A DNA stretch of 64,000 nt from Terriglobia bacterium (GTDB taxonomy: Bacteria > Acidobacteriota > Terriglobia > JAJPHL01 > JAPKYU01), in NCBI GenBank assembly GCA_965206645.1, contig CBDBKE010000001.1:96001-160000 (forward strand), read 5' to 3'. Below are positions 1-10,266 of this stretch, piece after piece (position 1 is the stretch's first letter; each line of letters opens with the position of its first letter). The position numbers and the translations under genes were made by a program. Under the pieces are notes generated by a model. The model was not told where the DNA came from, made no database searches, and worked only from the letters and a program-made list of their open reading frames with translations.

Positions 1-345
1 CCTCACGAAGCAACCCATCTGGGCGGCAACAACTTCTTGCTGATCTGGGCGACACGGTCCAGGGCAAGGGGGAGCGGGAACCCGTTGAGGATGTGCCCGG
101 CCCCAGTGAGCTCAACCGGCGGGTGGTGCTGTTGTTTCCGCCCGCCCAATTGGGCCAGGCTTCCTCGCTCTGCCAGTCCCCACCCGGTGACGAGTAGAAC
201 GCAGACTATCCGGCACACTGGCAGGGTCCAGGATTCAGCCTTTCCGGAATGCGGGCGAACCCCTCGTTGCAGCGGGCTCACCTATACTGGCTGCTGAATT
301 GGGCGCGTTCGCTCCGGCAGGATCAGCCGCCGGCTTTCAGCGTGC

Positions 346-375
346 TTGACACGCCCTCCCCATTTCGTCGATATT
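346..375 (+). promoter_or_regulatory. Putative sigma70 promoter (TTGACA-N18-GATATT)
   Basis: Perfect -35 hexamer at 346-351 and -10-like hexamer at 370-375, 9 nt before ATG 385. Confidence 0.45.
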
Positions 376-384
376 GCCCTAAGT

Positions 385-1179
385 ATGGCACGGCTAATTA
401 CGCTCACTAGCGACTTTGGTCTCTCGGACCATTTCGTGGGAACGATGAAGGGGGTCATCCTGGGAATCACTCCCGAGGCCCAAATCATCGATATCTGTCA
501 CGAAGTCCGCTCCTTCGACGTTCTGGACGGAGCCTTTACGATCGCCCAGGCCTACCGCCACTTCCCCGCCTGGACCATTCATGTGGTGGTGGTGGATCCC
601 GGCGTGGGCACGCACCGCCGCCCCATCCTGGTCGCCACCGAGAGGCACTATTTCCTGTGCCCGGATAACGGGGTGCTGTCGCTGGTGCTGGCGGGCGAAG
701 AGCACACCGTGCGCCACGTCACCGCTGAGCACTACTTCCTGAACCCCGTCAGCCAGACCTTCCACGGCCGCGACATCTTCGCCCCGATTGCCGCCTGGTT
801 AAGCCGTGGGGTCGAGACAAGCAAGTTCGGAGACTACGTGAGCGACTACGTCCGCTTCCAGCCTCCCAAACCGAAGACACTGAACGAGCGGCTGATTAAA
901 GGAGTAGTGCTGAAGGTGGACAAGTTCGGCAACGTCATCACTAACTTCACGCCCGAAGACCTGCCCATGCTGTTCCAGCAAAGCCCGCCGCCGTTCAAGT
1001 TTGTGGCGGGCAAAAGTGAGATTGCGAAACTCAACCTCGCCTACGCCCAGAGCGCCCCGGGCGACCTGTTTGCCATCGTGGGCAGCACCGGCTACCTGGA
1101 GTTGGCTACCAGTCGGGGTGCTGCCGCCAAAATCCTGGGAATCGATAAGGGCGCCGATGTGGGCGTGGTCCTCGGCTAA
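385..1179 (+). CDS. SAM hydrolase / SAM-dependent halogenase family protein (DUF62)
   Basis: ITLTSDFG, VVDPGVGT, PDNG, TFHGRDIFAP and DKFGN motifs; ATG at 385 chosen over TTG at 346. Confidence 0.9.
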   Translation: MARLITLTSDFGLSDHFVGTMKGVILGITPEAQIIDICHEVRSFDVLDGAFTIAQAYRHFPAWTIHVVVVDPGVGTHRRPILVATERHYFLCPDNGVLSLVLAGEEHTVRHVTAEHYFLNPVSQTFHGRDIFAPIAAWLSRGVETSKFGDYVSDYVRFQPPKPKTLNERLIKGVVLKVDKFGNVITNFTPEDLPMLFQQSPPPFKFVAGKSEIAKLNLAYAQSAPGDLFAIVGSTGYLELATSRGAAAKILGIDKGADVGVVLG

Positions 1180-1201
1180 GGGTTCTTCTCCCGCCTGAGC
1201 T

Positions 1202-3526
1202 TTGAAGTTGAAGTGGAAAAGCTTGCTTTGGGTAGCTCTGTGGGCGATGCCACTGCTCGCCCAGCGGGGCACGGGGGAGCTGCGCCTGACCGTGCGGGAC
1301 ACTACTGGCCTGGGGGTGGAAGCCAGCGGAGAGCTAGTCAGCCAAGCCAACCAAGTTCAGCAAACTTTCCACACCGACCCGGAGGGACGGTATTGGGCCA
1401 GGGACTTGCCATTTGGGGTGTATCTGCTGCGCGTCGAGCGCTCTGGGTTTGCACCGTTTTCCGCGCTGCTGGAAATCCGTTCAGAGCTCCCCCGCGAGTA
1501 CCAGGTGACGCTCGGGATCGCCCCGCTGGAAGCCACCGTACGGGTCACCGATTCGGCCACGCTTCTGGACCCGCATCGGACGGGCCCAGTCTTCCGCCTC
1601 GGCCCAGAAACGTTGCGCGCCCGGCAGGCCTCACAGCCCGCCCGCACCGTGCCGGAGCTGGTGCAAACGCAGCCGGGATGGTTGCTGGAGGCCAATGGCG
1701 TGCTGCACCCGCGGGGCTCCGAGTACAACACGCAGTATGTCATTGACGGGTTCCCCATCACCGACAATCGCTCTGCCGCCTTCGCCCCGGCGCTGGAAGT
1801 TGAAGAACTCCGGTCACTGAATGTGTTGACCGCCAACTACCCGGCCGAATATGGACGGAAGCTGGGTGGGGTCATCGAGGTGGTCACCGCCCGTGACACC
1901 ACCCCGGGCTTTCATGGGATCGCAGTGCTCGAGGCCGGCAGCTTCTCGACCCAAAGCAGCTATATTTCCGGACAGTACGTGCGCGGGCGGACGGCCGCCG
2001 CCTTAGCCGTTCAGGGGGGACACACGGAGCGGTACCTGGATCCGCCGGTGGAAGAAAATTTCACCAACAAAGCGTCCAATTCCGGGATCAGTGGGCGCCT
2101 CGAACGCGACTGGAGCCAGACGAGCCGACTGCGCCTCTCGCTGCACAGAAAACGCACGGGGTTCCTGGTCCCGAACGAACAATTTCAGCAGCAGGCCGGC
2201 CAGCGGCAGGATCGGCGTAACGCCGAAACCTTGGGACATCTCTCCTACCAGCACACCCTCTCACCCCGCCTGCTAGCCGCCTTTCGGGGAATGGCAAGGG
2301 ACCTTTCTGCAGACTTTTGGTCGAATCCGCTCTCCACCCCTATCCTGGCCGACCAGCAACGAAGCTTGCGGGAAGGTTATGGCAGCGCCAGCCTGTCGGC
2401 GCATCTTGGCGCCCACGAGCTGAAAACCGGCGTGGAGGGGATTTGGACTTCTGTGCGCGAGCGGTTTGGGTACGAAATCGTGGACCAGCAATTCTTCGAT
2501 GCCGGAATCCCGCCCAGCTTCCGTTTTACGGACAGTCGGGCAGGCCGCGAGCAGTCCCTGTTCGTGCAGGACCTGGTCCGCGCCGGGCCCTGGACCTTCA
2601 GCGCTGGACTGCGGTGGGACCGCTATCGGTTGCTAGTCCGGGACAGCACCTTCAGCCCTCGCCTGGGAGTGGCTTGGCACTGGCCTAGCGCCGGGCTGGT
2701 CTTCCGCGCCTCCTATGACCGCGCGTTTCAGACTCCCGCCACCGAGAATCTGCTGCTGGCCAGTTCCGGGTCCGCGCAGCGGCTCGCTGAAGAGACGACG
2801 GCGCTGCCCGTGTATCCCTCCCGCGGGAATTTCTACCAGGCCGGCTTTGCCAAGAGCGTCTTCGGCAAGTTGCGACTGGACGGCAATTATTTCCGAAGAG
2901 AGATCCGCAATTTTGCCGACGACGACGTGTTCTTGAATACCGGTGTGAGTTTCCCCATCGCGTTTTCCCGGGCCGAAGTTTACGGCTTTGAGGGCAAACT
3001 GGAAGTGCCCCGCTGGGGGCCCGTTTCCGGCTTTCTGAGCTACGCGCACCTTGTCGGAACCGGGTTTCTTCCCCTCACCGGCGGGCTGTTCTTGGAAGAG
3101 GGCGGCGACGAGCTGTTGCGCGCCACCGGCCGCTTTCCTATTTCGCAAGACCAGCGCCATACAGCCCAGGCGCGCGCGCACTATCAGATTAGGCCCCGAG
3201 TCTGGGTGGCGCTCGGCGCCCGGTATGGCAGCGGGTTGCCCATCGAGCAAGAGGAACCCCTGGAGGAAGAGGAACTGGAGGAGCGCTTTGGGCAGCGAAT
3301 TCTGAGCCGGGTCAACCTCGCACGCGGCCGCGTTCGCCCCTCGTTTTCCCTGGATACTTCGCTGGGGGTGAAGCTTTTGAGTCGCGATGACCTTTCGGTG
3401 CGGCTCCAACTCGACGTCTTGAACCTCACCAACCGCTTGAACGTGATCAATTTCGTCGGACTGTTCTCCGGCACGGCGTTGGCCCCGCCCCGCAGCTTCG
3501 CCCTTCGGTTGCGTACGGAGTTCTGA
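1202..3526 (+). CDS. TonB-dependent receptor with N-terminal carboxypeptidase-regulatory-like domain
   Basis: Signal peptide, plug motifs (RG..YVIDG, AEYGRKLGGVI), AGLRWD, terminal aromatic residue (LRTEF). Confidence 0.9.
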   Translation: MKLKWKSLLWVALWAMPLLAQRGTGELRLTVRDTTGLGVEASGELVSQANQVQQTFHTDPEGRYWARDLPFGVYLLRVERSGFAPFSALLEIRSELPREYQVTLGIAPLEATVRVTDSATLLDPHRTGPVFRLGPETLRARQASQPARTVPELVQTQPGWLLEANGVLHPRGSEYNTQYVIDGFPITDNRSAAFAPALEVEELRSLNVLTANYPAEYGRKLGGVIEVVTARDTTPGFHGIAVLEAGSFSTQSSYISGQYVRGRTAAALAVQGGHTERYLDPPVEENFTNKASNSGISGRLERDWSQTSRLRLSLHRKRTGFLVPNEQFQQQAGQRQDRRNAETLGHLSYQHTLSPRLLAAFRGMARDLSADFWSNPLSTPILADQQRSLREGYGSASLSAHLGAHELKTGVEGIWTSVRERFGYEIVDQQFFDAGIPPSFRFTDSRAGREQSLFVQDLVRAGPWTFSAGLRWDRYRLLVRDSTFSPRLGVAWHWPSAGLVFRASYDRAFQTPATENLLLASSGSAQRLAEETTALPVYPSRGNFYQAGFAKSVFGKLRLDGNYFRREIRNFADDDVFLNTGVSFPIAFSRAEVYGFEGKLEVPRWGPVSGFLSYAHLVGTGFLPLTGGLFLEEGGDELLRATGRFPISQDQRHTAQARAHYQIRPRVWVALGARYGSGLPIEQEEPLEEEELEERFGQRILSRVNLARGRVRPSFSLDTSLGVKLLSRDDLSVRLQLDVLNLTNRLNVINFVGLFSGTALAPPRSFALRLRTEF

Positions 3527-3630
3527 ACCGGGCGTAATTCTTCGAAGGCACTTCAATCCAGTGCTGGCCGCACAGGTCTAGGAGACAATACCTGCTGGGA
3601 GGCGCGGGAGCTAGGGAGTGGCGTAGCGAG

Positions 3631-3990
3631 TCAACTGGTGCTCTTGTTCTCAACTGCCATCCGCCGTTGGGCACCGCAGAAAAAGCGGAGGGCCTGTCGA
3701 TCCAGCGAGCACATCTTGATGAATTCGAAGCCCAACCACCGGCCCGGTTCGGCGGAGCGGACAATCACGGTGGCGCGGAAAAACCAGTCTTGAAACTGCA
3801 CGCCGACCTTGCCGACACTCCCGACCGGAACCGATTCCTTGGTCCGAAGGGACAGGCCTCTTAGGCTAATCTTCTTGAGTTCCCCAGCGATCCGACGATT
3901 ACTGGTAATGAAGCCGGCGCAACTCCTATCTGGCGCCGTGAAGCGCGGAAAGTAGCGGAGGCGTTTTCCTTCCTGGATTTCCACCGGCAT
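3631..3990 (-). CDS. PilZ domain protein
   Basis: RYFPR (RxxxR), ISLRG and LGFEF motifs; ATG 3990 with upstream AGAGGG. Confidence 0.7.
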   Translation of the reverse strand: MPVEIQEGKRLRYFPRFTAPDRSCAGFITSNRRIAGELKKISLRGLSLRTKESVPVGSVGKVGVQFQDWFFRATVIVRSAEPGRWLGFEFIKMCSLDRQALRFFCGAQRRMAVENKSTS

Positions 3991-4074
3991 ATTTATCCCT
4001 CTCCAACTCATCATGGGTCCTCGGCTAGGACCCGGCAACAGCACTATTCAGACGATTCCCGAATCGGTCGTGCA

Positions 4075-4437
4075 TCAGCGAGAAGGAAACCGAACTCCCC
4101 ACAGACCTTCTGCGTCGCCTAGTTCCACGCCGAATTCAAAGTTGCCGTTGTTGTTGGGATGGCTGTCGCACCAGACCACTTTGCCCATCCCGTTTCGCTC
4201 CTCCGCGGGGAGCAAGGTGACCATAACTTCCTGATTCACATCCAAGGGCCGCCTGCACTCGATTCTGGCCGCGTACTTACTGAGCACGAGCGTCCAGCCA
4301 GCCAGCGTCTGAAAAGTGCCTTTCTCCTCCTTCATTCCCAGTCGTACCGGAAGACGCATAGCAACGCGGGTGCTTCGTAGTGCACCCAGGCTTAAGCTTT
4401 CAGGGGTCATGCGGGCTATTTTAGTTGTCATCGTCAA
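4075..4437 (-). CDS. PilZ-like domain protein
   Basis: RSTRVAMRLPVRL ... GKVVW ... FGVEL ... LWGVRFP pattern. Confidence 0.65.
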   Translation of the reverse strand: MTMTTKIARMTPESLSLGALRSTRVAMRLPVRLGMKEEKGTFQTLAGWTLVLSKYAARIECRRPLDVNQEVMVTLLPAEERNGMGKVVWCDSHPNNNGNFEFGVELGDAEGLWGVRFPSR

Positions 4438-4876
4438 TGACCAAGACCTTGCTTCGTTTCGCGCCGCTCACTGCTTCAGTTAGTCGTTTTCAAATACCCT
4501 CGACAACATTCCAGCACCATGAACTTGCTCTTGGGACTCACCGGCAGAATCCGCAAAAACTCCGGCAGGCTCCTGCGGCTCCTCTGTGCCGCAACCACTG
4601 CGCAAAACAGCGCTGCCATAGCCTGAGTTTTTGTCCCGTTCATAACGTAGTCTAGTTAAGCGCAGCGACCCCAGGCAGCCAATAGGCGAACAGATTCATT
4701 TGGGGGGGTACCTTTGGACTAGCGGGAGAGCGCCCAACCGGTGGGAATCAGGGCAAGCTGTCCCGGCGGTTGGGCCGAGGAGGTCGGCAGGATACTGGCG
4801 TTACTTGTTTCGCGGAGGGCAAGAAACAAGCAGGACCTTCCCGCCTTAGGTTGATCTCAGCTCCGGTCTGTATATT

Positions 4877-5329
4877 TTAGAACGGGATGTCGTCGTCGGT
4901 GATTTCGGGTGAGATTCCTTCTTCGGAGGAGGAGGGTGCGGGGGCGGGCCGGGCCGGGCTCGCCTGTGCGCGCTGCCCTGAGCTTTCTTCACCGCCCCGC
5001 CCGCTCGCCAGGACGACATCGTTCGCGACAATGTCGGTGGCGTGATGTTTGCTTCCATCGCGCCCTTCCCAAGTCCGGGACTGGATGCGCCCTTCCAGAT
5101 ACACCTTTTGGCCCTTGGTCAGATACTGGGTCAGGCTCTCCGCCATCTTGCCCCAGAGCACGATGTTGTGCCACTCCGTCTGTTCTTGCCATTCGCCCGC
5201 TTTGTCTTTGAAGCGACGATTGGTGGCCAGGGTGAACTTGGAGACCGCCTGGCCGGACGGCAGGTAGTTCAACTCCGCGTCTTTCCCTAGATTTCCCAGC
5301 AGAATGACTTTGTTTACGCTTCGTGCCAT
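4877..5329 (-). CDS. ssb: Single-stranded DNA-binding protein
   Basis: MARSVNKVILLGNLGKD...TEWH...KVYLEGR and C-terminal DDDIPF; SD AAGGAG before ATG 5329. Confidence 0.97.
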   Translation of the reverse strand: MARSVNKVILLGNLGKDAELNYLPSGQAVSKFTLATNRRFKDKAGEWQEQTEWHNIVLWGKMAESLTQYLTKGQKVYLEGRIQSRTWEGRDGSKHHATDIVANDVVLASGRGGEESSGQRAQASPARPAPAPSSSEEGISPEITDDDIPF

Positions 5330-5527
5330 AGGGCCAGCCCTCTCCTTGTATCGTAGCGTGTCGTAGCGCCGCTGTTGGGGCGGTGTCGCGGAGTCTGGCC
5401 CGCCCAAATCAGGCGCCACCGTTTGGAACGCGAGTATAGCGGAAGCTCTCGGGTAAGGCAAACCGCCACCGCGGCGGAAGCTAGTGTGGGGCAGAAGGGC
5501 GAGCGGGATCCTGCGTGGTGGTGGCTT

Positions 5528-6331
5528 TCAGCGACGGCGGAGGCGCTGGCGGGCCAGCTTGGCCTCTTCGCTGCGCGGGAAACGGCGGATCAGCTCGCGC
5601 AGCTCGCGGACCCCGGATGTGCGCCGCTTCAGTTCCAGGAGGGCGAAGCCTTTCTTGAGATGGGCGCCGGCGGTCTTGTTGCCGTTCGGGTAGCGTTCCA
5701 GCACTAGGTCGTACGCTTCGATCGCCTTGCGTAGCTTACCCTGACGATAGAGCACTTCGCCGACATAGAACTGGGCATTGCCGGCCAACTCCGTCTCTGG
5801 GTAGTAGCGAAGGTAGTCCTGGAACTGCTGCAACGCCAGTTCTAGTTTCCCGCCTTGCAGGTCCCGCAGTCCATTTTGGTAGAGCTCCTCGGGCAACTGT
5901 GGGGGTGCGCCCGCCCCCGAGCCTGGCGTCGGCGGCGTTTGCAGCGTCTCCACCGACACTCGCACCTGCGACACCTGATCAGACAGCTTGGACAGCCGCG
6001 CCTTCACATCCTCCAGGGAGTCCTGTAGCCCCTGGACGTTGCCGGCGACCGAATCCACTTTGGTGCCCTGAGCGGCCACGCTGCCCTGGATCGAACGTTG
6101 CACCTGCTCGGTCACCACGTTGAGCTTGTTGATCGCGTCGGTGGTCTGCTCCATGAGCTGGCGCATCATCCCCATGCGCTCGTCCAGCGTGCTGCGCATG
6201 TCGCGCATGTCCGACTCCAGCCGGGCCACTGCCGCCTCGATCCGGATAATCTCCTTGGCGACAGGGTAGGCCGGGGTGGGCAGGAGTGCCACCACGAGCA
6301 CCGCCATCAAAATAGCTCGTAACACTCTCAT
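5528..6331 (-). CDS. cpoB: Tol-Pal system TPR protein CpoB/YbgF
   Basis: Signal peptide, coiled coil, C-terminal TPRs (YP...AGNAQFYVGE); directly downstream of pal. Confidence 0.88.
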   Translation of the reverse strand: MRVLRAILMAVLVVALLPTPAYPVAKEIIRIEAAVARLESDMRDMRSTLDERMGMMRQLMEQTTDAINKLNVVTEQVQRSIQGSVAAQGTKVDSVAGNVQGLQDSLEDVKARLSKLSDQVSQVRVSVETLQTPPTPGSGAGAPPQLPEELYQNGLRDLQGGKLELALQQFQDYLRYYPETELAGNAQFYVGEVLYRQGKLRKAIEAYDLVLERYPNGNKTAGAHLKKGFALLELKRRTSGVRELRELIRRFPRSEEAKLARQRLRRR

Positions 6332-6352
6332 GGTTTCCTCTCCTTAAGACTG

Positions 6353-6397
6353 CGGCTGGCAGGCACCAGGTTTCATCTGTCTGGCGCCTGCCAGCCG
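6353..6397. terminator. GC-rich hairpin between pal and cpoB (possible terminator or RNA-stabilising stem)
   Basis: cggctggcaggc...gcctgccagccg inverted repeat; no strong U-tract on the minus strand. Confidence 0.4.
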
Positions 6398-6428
6398 TTT
6401 GTGTTCTGCTTGGGCCCTGCCCTCGGCC

Positions 6429-7169
6429 TCAGCGGGCCAGGACAAAGTGCGAGCGGCGATTGCGCTGCCAACAGCCTTCATTCGCCTCGGTGCACTGCGG
6501 CCGCTCCTTGCCATAGCTGATAGTGCGGATGCGGTTCCCGCTGATGCCCAGCGAGAGCAGGTAGTCCCGGGTACTATTGGCGCGCCGATCGCCCAGGCCT
6601 AGGTTGTACTCGGCTGAGCCACGCTCATCGCAATGGCCCTCAACCACGATGTTCGCCTTCGGGTGCGCACGCAACCAATCGGCGTTGGCTTGCAGCACCG
6701 GCACTGCATCGGAGCGAACGTCGTACATGTCATAATCGAAGTAGACGTCATGCACCCGGGCCGCGAACGAGGCTGCGATATCCTCCTCGACCGGTGGTTT
6801 GGGTGCGGGCGGCGGCGGCTTGGCGGTCACGGTGACCCGCACGCTGGCTTGGGCCTTTCCGCCGGGCCCCTCGACGCTCAGGGTATAGGTCAGCGACTCC
6901 AGCGGCGAGACGGTCATCGTGCCTTTGGGAGGCACCATGCCTAGGGCCGGTTCTAACGTCACGGTTTTGGCATCGGTGGAACTCCACTCCAGCGTGCTGG
7001 ACTGCCCGCGCTCGATGCTGGTGGGCGTCGCCGTCAAACTCACCGTCGGGGCCGCCGCCTTAGGCGGTGGAGGTGGCGGGGGTGGCGGCGGTTCTTTCTT
7101 CTTGCAGGCACCCAAGAACAGAACCAGCAACAGAATCATGCCCAGAGCCGGGGCGTATTTGCGTTTCAT
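6429..7169 (-). CDS. pal: Peptidoglycan-associated lipoprotein with extra Ig-like N-terminal domain
   Basis: Lipobox LGAC, polyproline linker, OmpA-like domain (YFDYD, EGHCDERGS, SYGKERP, NRR). Confidence 0.93.
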   Translation of the reverse strand: MKRKYAPALGMILLLVLFLGACKKKEPPPPPPPPPPKAAAPTVSLTATPTSIERGQSSTLEWSSTDAKTVTLEPALGMVPPKGTMTVSPLESLTYTLSVEGPGGKAQASVRVTVTAKPPPPAPKPPVEEDIAASFAARVHDVYFDYDMYDVRSDAVPVLQANADWLRAHPKANIVVEGHCDERGSAEYNLGLGDRRANSTRDYLLSLGISGNRIRTISYGKERPQCTEANEGCWQRNRRSHFVLAR

Positions 7170-7465
7170 TCTTTTTCTCTCCTCCTTGCGATTTGGACCG
7201 GCGGACTGGAAGCCATCTCATGAACCTTGAATCCCTGGAACCCCGCCTGGTCGCAGACCTTTCTGGGATCCGCTTCCAGCCTGGCTCTGCTGAAACTTGT
7301 TTGCCAGGCGAACTGTTGGCCGCAAACCTGCCCGGCCGGGTTCTCTCCTAACAGCTTGTTCGCGCACAACGAGGTCAGCAACTCCGGTGGTGCCGAAGCA
7401 AGCCCCCGCCCACCACGGAAAGGATTCCCCAAGAGCCCTTATGAAGCCATTCTGCCAGCTCGGCC

Positions 7466-8953
7466 CTAGCGTACGCTCCAAACAGGAGCCGTGTTTTTGC
7501 CATCCCGCGTCAAAGCCCGGATCCGGGTGCCGTCCGCCAACATGGTAAAAATCTGCTTGCCCCCGTTGCGGCTCGACTCAAAAACAATGTGCCGGCCGTC
7601 GGGAGAGAACCATGGGTGCTCGTTACGCCCGGCGCCGTGGGTCAACTGTACCACTTCGCCACTGGCTACATCCATCAGGAAAATATTGTAATTGCCGGGG
7701 GCATAGCCACGGGTCCAGGAAAAGACGAGCGTCTGGCCGTTGGGCGCCCAGGCCGGAGTCACCGCATCGCCTTCGCCGGCGGTCAGCCGCCGTACGTTGG
7801 ACCCGTCGGCGTCCATCAGGTAGATCTGCGGCACCCCGCCCCGGCCGCTGACGAAAGCGATCTGCGTTGCTGTCTTCGGGTTCCACGCCGGGGAAATATC
7901 CACTCCCCGCGAGTAGGTGAGGCGACGGGGGCTCGTTCCGTCGGCATTGGCCACATAGATCTCTGGGTTTCCGCTCAGCGAGGACGACAGGGCCATCTGA
8001 CGGCCGTCGGGGGACCAGGCAGGGGTAGTGTTCAGCCCGCTGCGGGTGTTATGAAAGCTCAGGCGTCGCCGGCTCTCCAGCGACAACACGAAGATTCGGG
8101 GGTAGACTTCCGAATAGCTGGTAAAGGCCAACCGGCTGCCATCGGCCGATACGTTGGGAGTCAGCGCCAACGAACGGTAGTTGGTCACCGGGCGCTGGTT
8201 GGCGCCATCGTAGTCCATGACCCAGATTTCCTTAATGTCCCTTCGGATCCTCCGGCAGAAATAAATCTTGGAGTCGGCGATGCCCGGCAGTCCGCCGCCG
8301 AGGCGCTCCACGATGGCGTTGGCAAACCGATGCGCAATCACCCGGGCAGCCTCCTCGGTGGACTCGTCGGTGTAGCGCCGGGCCAGGACTTCCGGGCGGA
8401 GCGAATTCCGCAGGTCGTACAGATGGCCTTCGATCCTCAGGCGCCCGTTGACAACGGCCCCGTTGCCGAACGCCAGCATCTCGGCGTTGACCGGCGGATT
8501 GGCCCAGGCCGACAGGGCGCCGGCGGCTTCCAGGTCTTCGCGTCGCCCGGGAATTGCCGGCGGGTAGAAGCTCTTGCTGACCAGATCGAAAATGCCGGCG
8601 TGGTCCAGATCATTCCAAAGCACCTCATTAAAGACCCGCATCAGCGGCGCGGCCTTGGTGCCGTGAGCCCGAAAGTCAGCCACCGCCAGCTTCAGCGTCT
8701 CCAGCGTCAGGTCAATGCCGAAGCGGATGACGTCCCGGCGCTGGGAAGCCGCTTGCGGTGCGCCAAGCGCGGCGCGCGGCGTGGCCTCGGCCTGCAGCCA
8801 CACCAGCGACAGAACTACGGCCGCAACCGCAAAGACAATGGCCCATGACCTCCGCATGAGCCGTTGCTTACTGCGTGTCTTTTGTTGGTTACTGCGCATC
8901 TGGTGTTGGTTACTGCGCATCTGGTGTTGCTTGCTGCGCATGTGGCAACTCAC
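7466..8953 (-). CDS. tolB: Tol-Pal beta-propeller protein TolB (start uncertain, 8857-8953)
   Basis: AHRFAN, MDYDG and repeated PAWSPDG (PD40) motifs; operon position. Confidence 0.93.
   Translation of the reverse strand: MSCHMRSKQHQMRSNQHQMRSNQQKTRSKQRLMRRSWAIVFAVAAVVLSLVWLQAEATPRAALGAPQAASQRRDVIRFGIDLTLETLKLAVADFRAHGTKAAPLMRVFNEVLWNDLDHAGIFDLVSKSFYPPAIPGRREDLEAAGALSAWANPPVNAEMLAFGNGAVVNGRLRIEGHLYDLRNSLRPEVLARRYTDESTEEAARVIAHRFANAIVERLGGGLPGIADSKIYFCRRIRRDIKEIWVMDYDGANQRPVTNYRSLALTPNVSADGSRLAFTSYSEVYPRIFVLSLESRRRLSFHNTRSGLNTTPAWSPDGRQMALSSSLSGNPEIYVANADGTSPRRLTYSRGVDISPAWNPKTATQIAFVSGRGGVPQIYLMDADGSNVRRLTAGEGDAVTPAWAPNGQTLVFSWTRGYAPGNYNIFLMDVASGEVVQLTHGAGRNEHPWFSPDGRHIVFESSRNGGKQIFTMLADGTRIRALTRDGKNTAPVWSVR
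8858..8941 (-). repeat. 4 x 21-bp tandem repeat at tolB 5' end (MRSKQHQ/MRSNQHQ/MRSNQQK/TRSKQRL)
   Basis: ATGCGCAG(C/T)AA(G/C)CAACACCAG-type units read directly. Confidence 0.9.
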
Positions 8954-8965
8954 TCGGTGCTTATC

Positions 8966-9810
8966 TCACCTCTGAAATTCGAACCACACTTCCACGTGCA
9001 CGCTGGAGCCCGGGTAATCCCGTGGCAGCGCAGGTAAATGAGCGTCGGCGCCCACGTCGCGCCGGCCGCTGCAGGCCTGCACTGCCCGGAGCGCTTCGCG
9101 GTCAATCGACGGAATGCTGCTGGATGTGGTGATGCGTTCGCTCCTCATGGTCCCATCCCGCAAGACATCAAATTCGACATATACGCGCGGCGCCGAGCGG
9201 ATGGCGGAATCAACCCGGCTGCGGTCCCAATGGCGCGCGATGCAACCCCGCACCGTATGCACGTACCAGCCGTAGAGGAGGCCGAACTGCCCGCTGAAGC
9301 CGATACCCCCGGCGCCCTGCTCGGTTGCCATCCCGTAGATGGGCGACGAAGCGCGACCGCTGGTAACGCCGGGAATCGCCCCTTCCGGAAGCTCGCCCCG
9401 CAATTGCGCCAGCTCCTTGCTCGCCTGACGGCGCTCCAGCTCGGCTAGTTTCTTCTTCCAGTCTTCCTCAGTCAACTGGAACTCCCGCGCCGGGGACGCT
9501 GGTGGCGCTTTTTTCGGCTGCTTGGGCTGGGCCGGGTGAAGCTCCCGGGTATCGGCGGCCACCGGGTTTCGTGGCGCGGCGCGGCGCGGCAGCGGAACGC
9601 TCGGCGCCAGGTTCACCGGGACCGACCTCCCGCCACCGAAGCCCTCTTCGCCCCACAGCTGGCCGTGGCGCGGCGGGACCAGAGCCCCACCGAAAAGTGC
9701 TACGGCGAAAATCATGCTGTGAAAGACCACCGAGGCAGTCAGCGGCGACTTCAGGTCTTCCGGCTCGCTCGTGGCGGGCACATGCTTGCCAGCGAATCGG
9801 ACTTGTACCC

Positions 9811-9814
<4 letters not shown>
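8966..9814 (-). CDS. TonB/TolA-family energy transducer
   Basis: N-terminal TM with SxxxH (SVVFH), Pro-rich linker, TonB C-terminal-like domain; between tolR and tolB. Confidence 0.85.
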
Positions 9815-10245
<431 letters not shown>

Positions 10246-10266
10246 CGTGTACCCTTGCCTCGCCTG

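Noticed and set aside
3-281. 92-aa minus-strand ORF at the window start
   Set aside because: Weak signal-like segment only, no recognisable family; context cut off by the window edge
385-1179. Fluorinase/chlorinase natural-product locus
   Set aside because: No biosynthetic context; the widespread SAM hydrolase (DUF62) assignment is more parsimonious
8858-8941. Repeat tracts (also 35248, 50726) as CRISPR arrays
   Set aside because: No unique spacers of regular length and no cas genes
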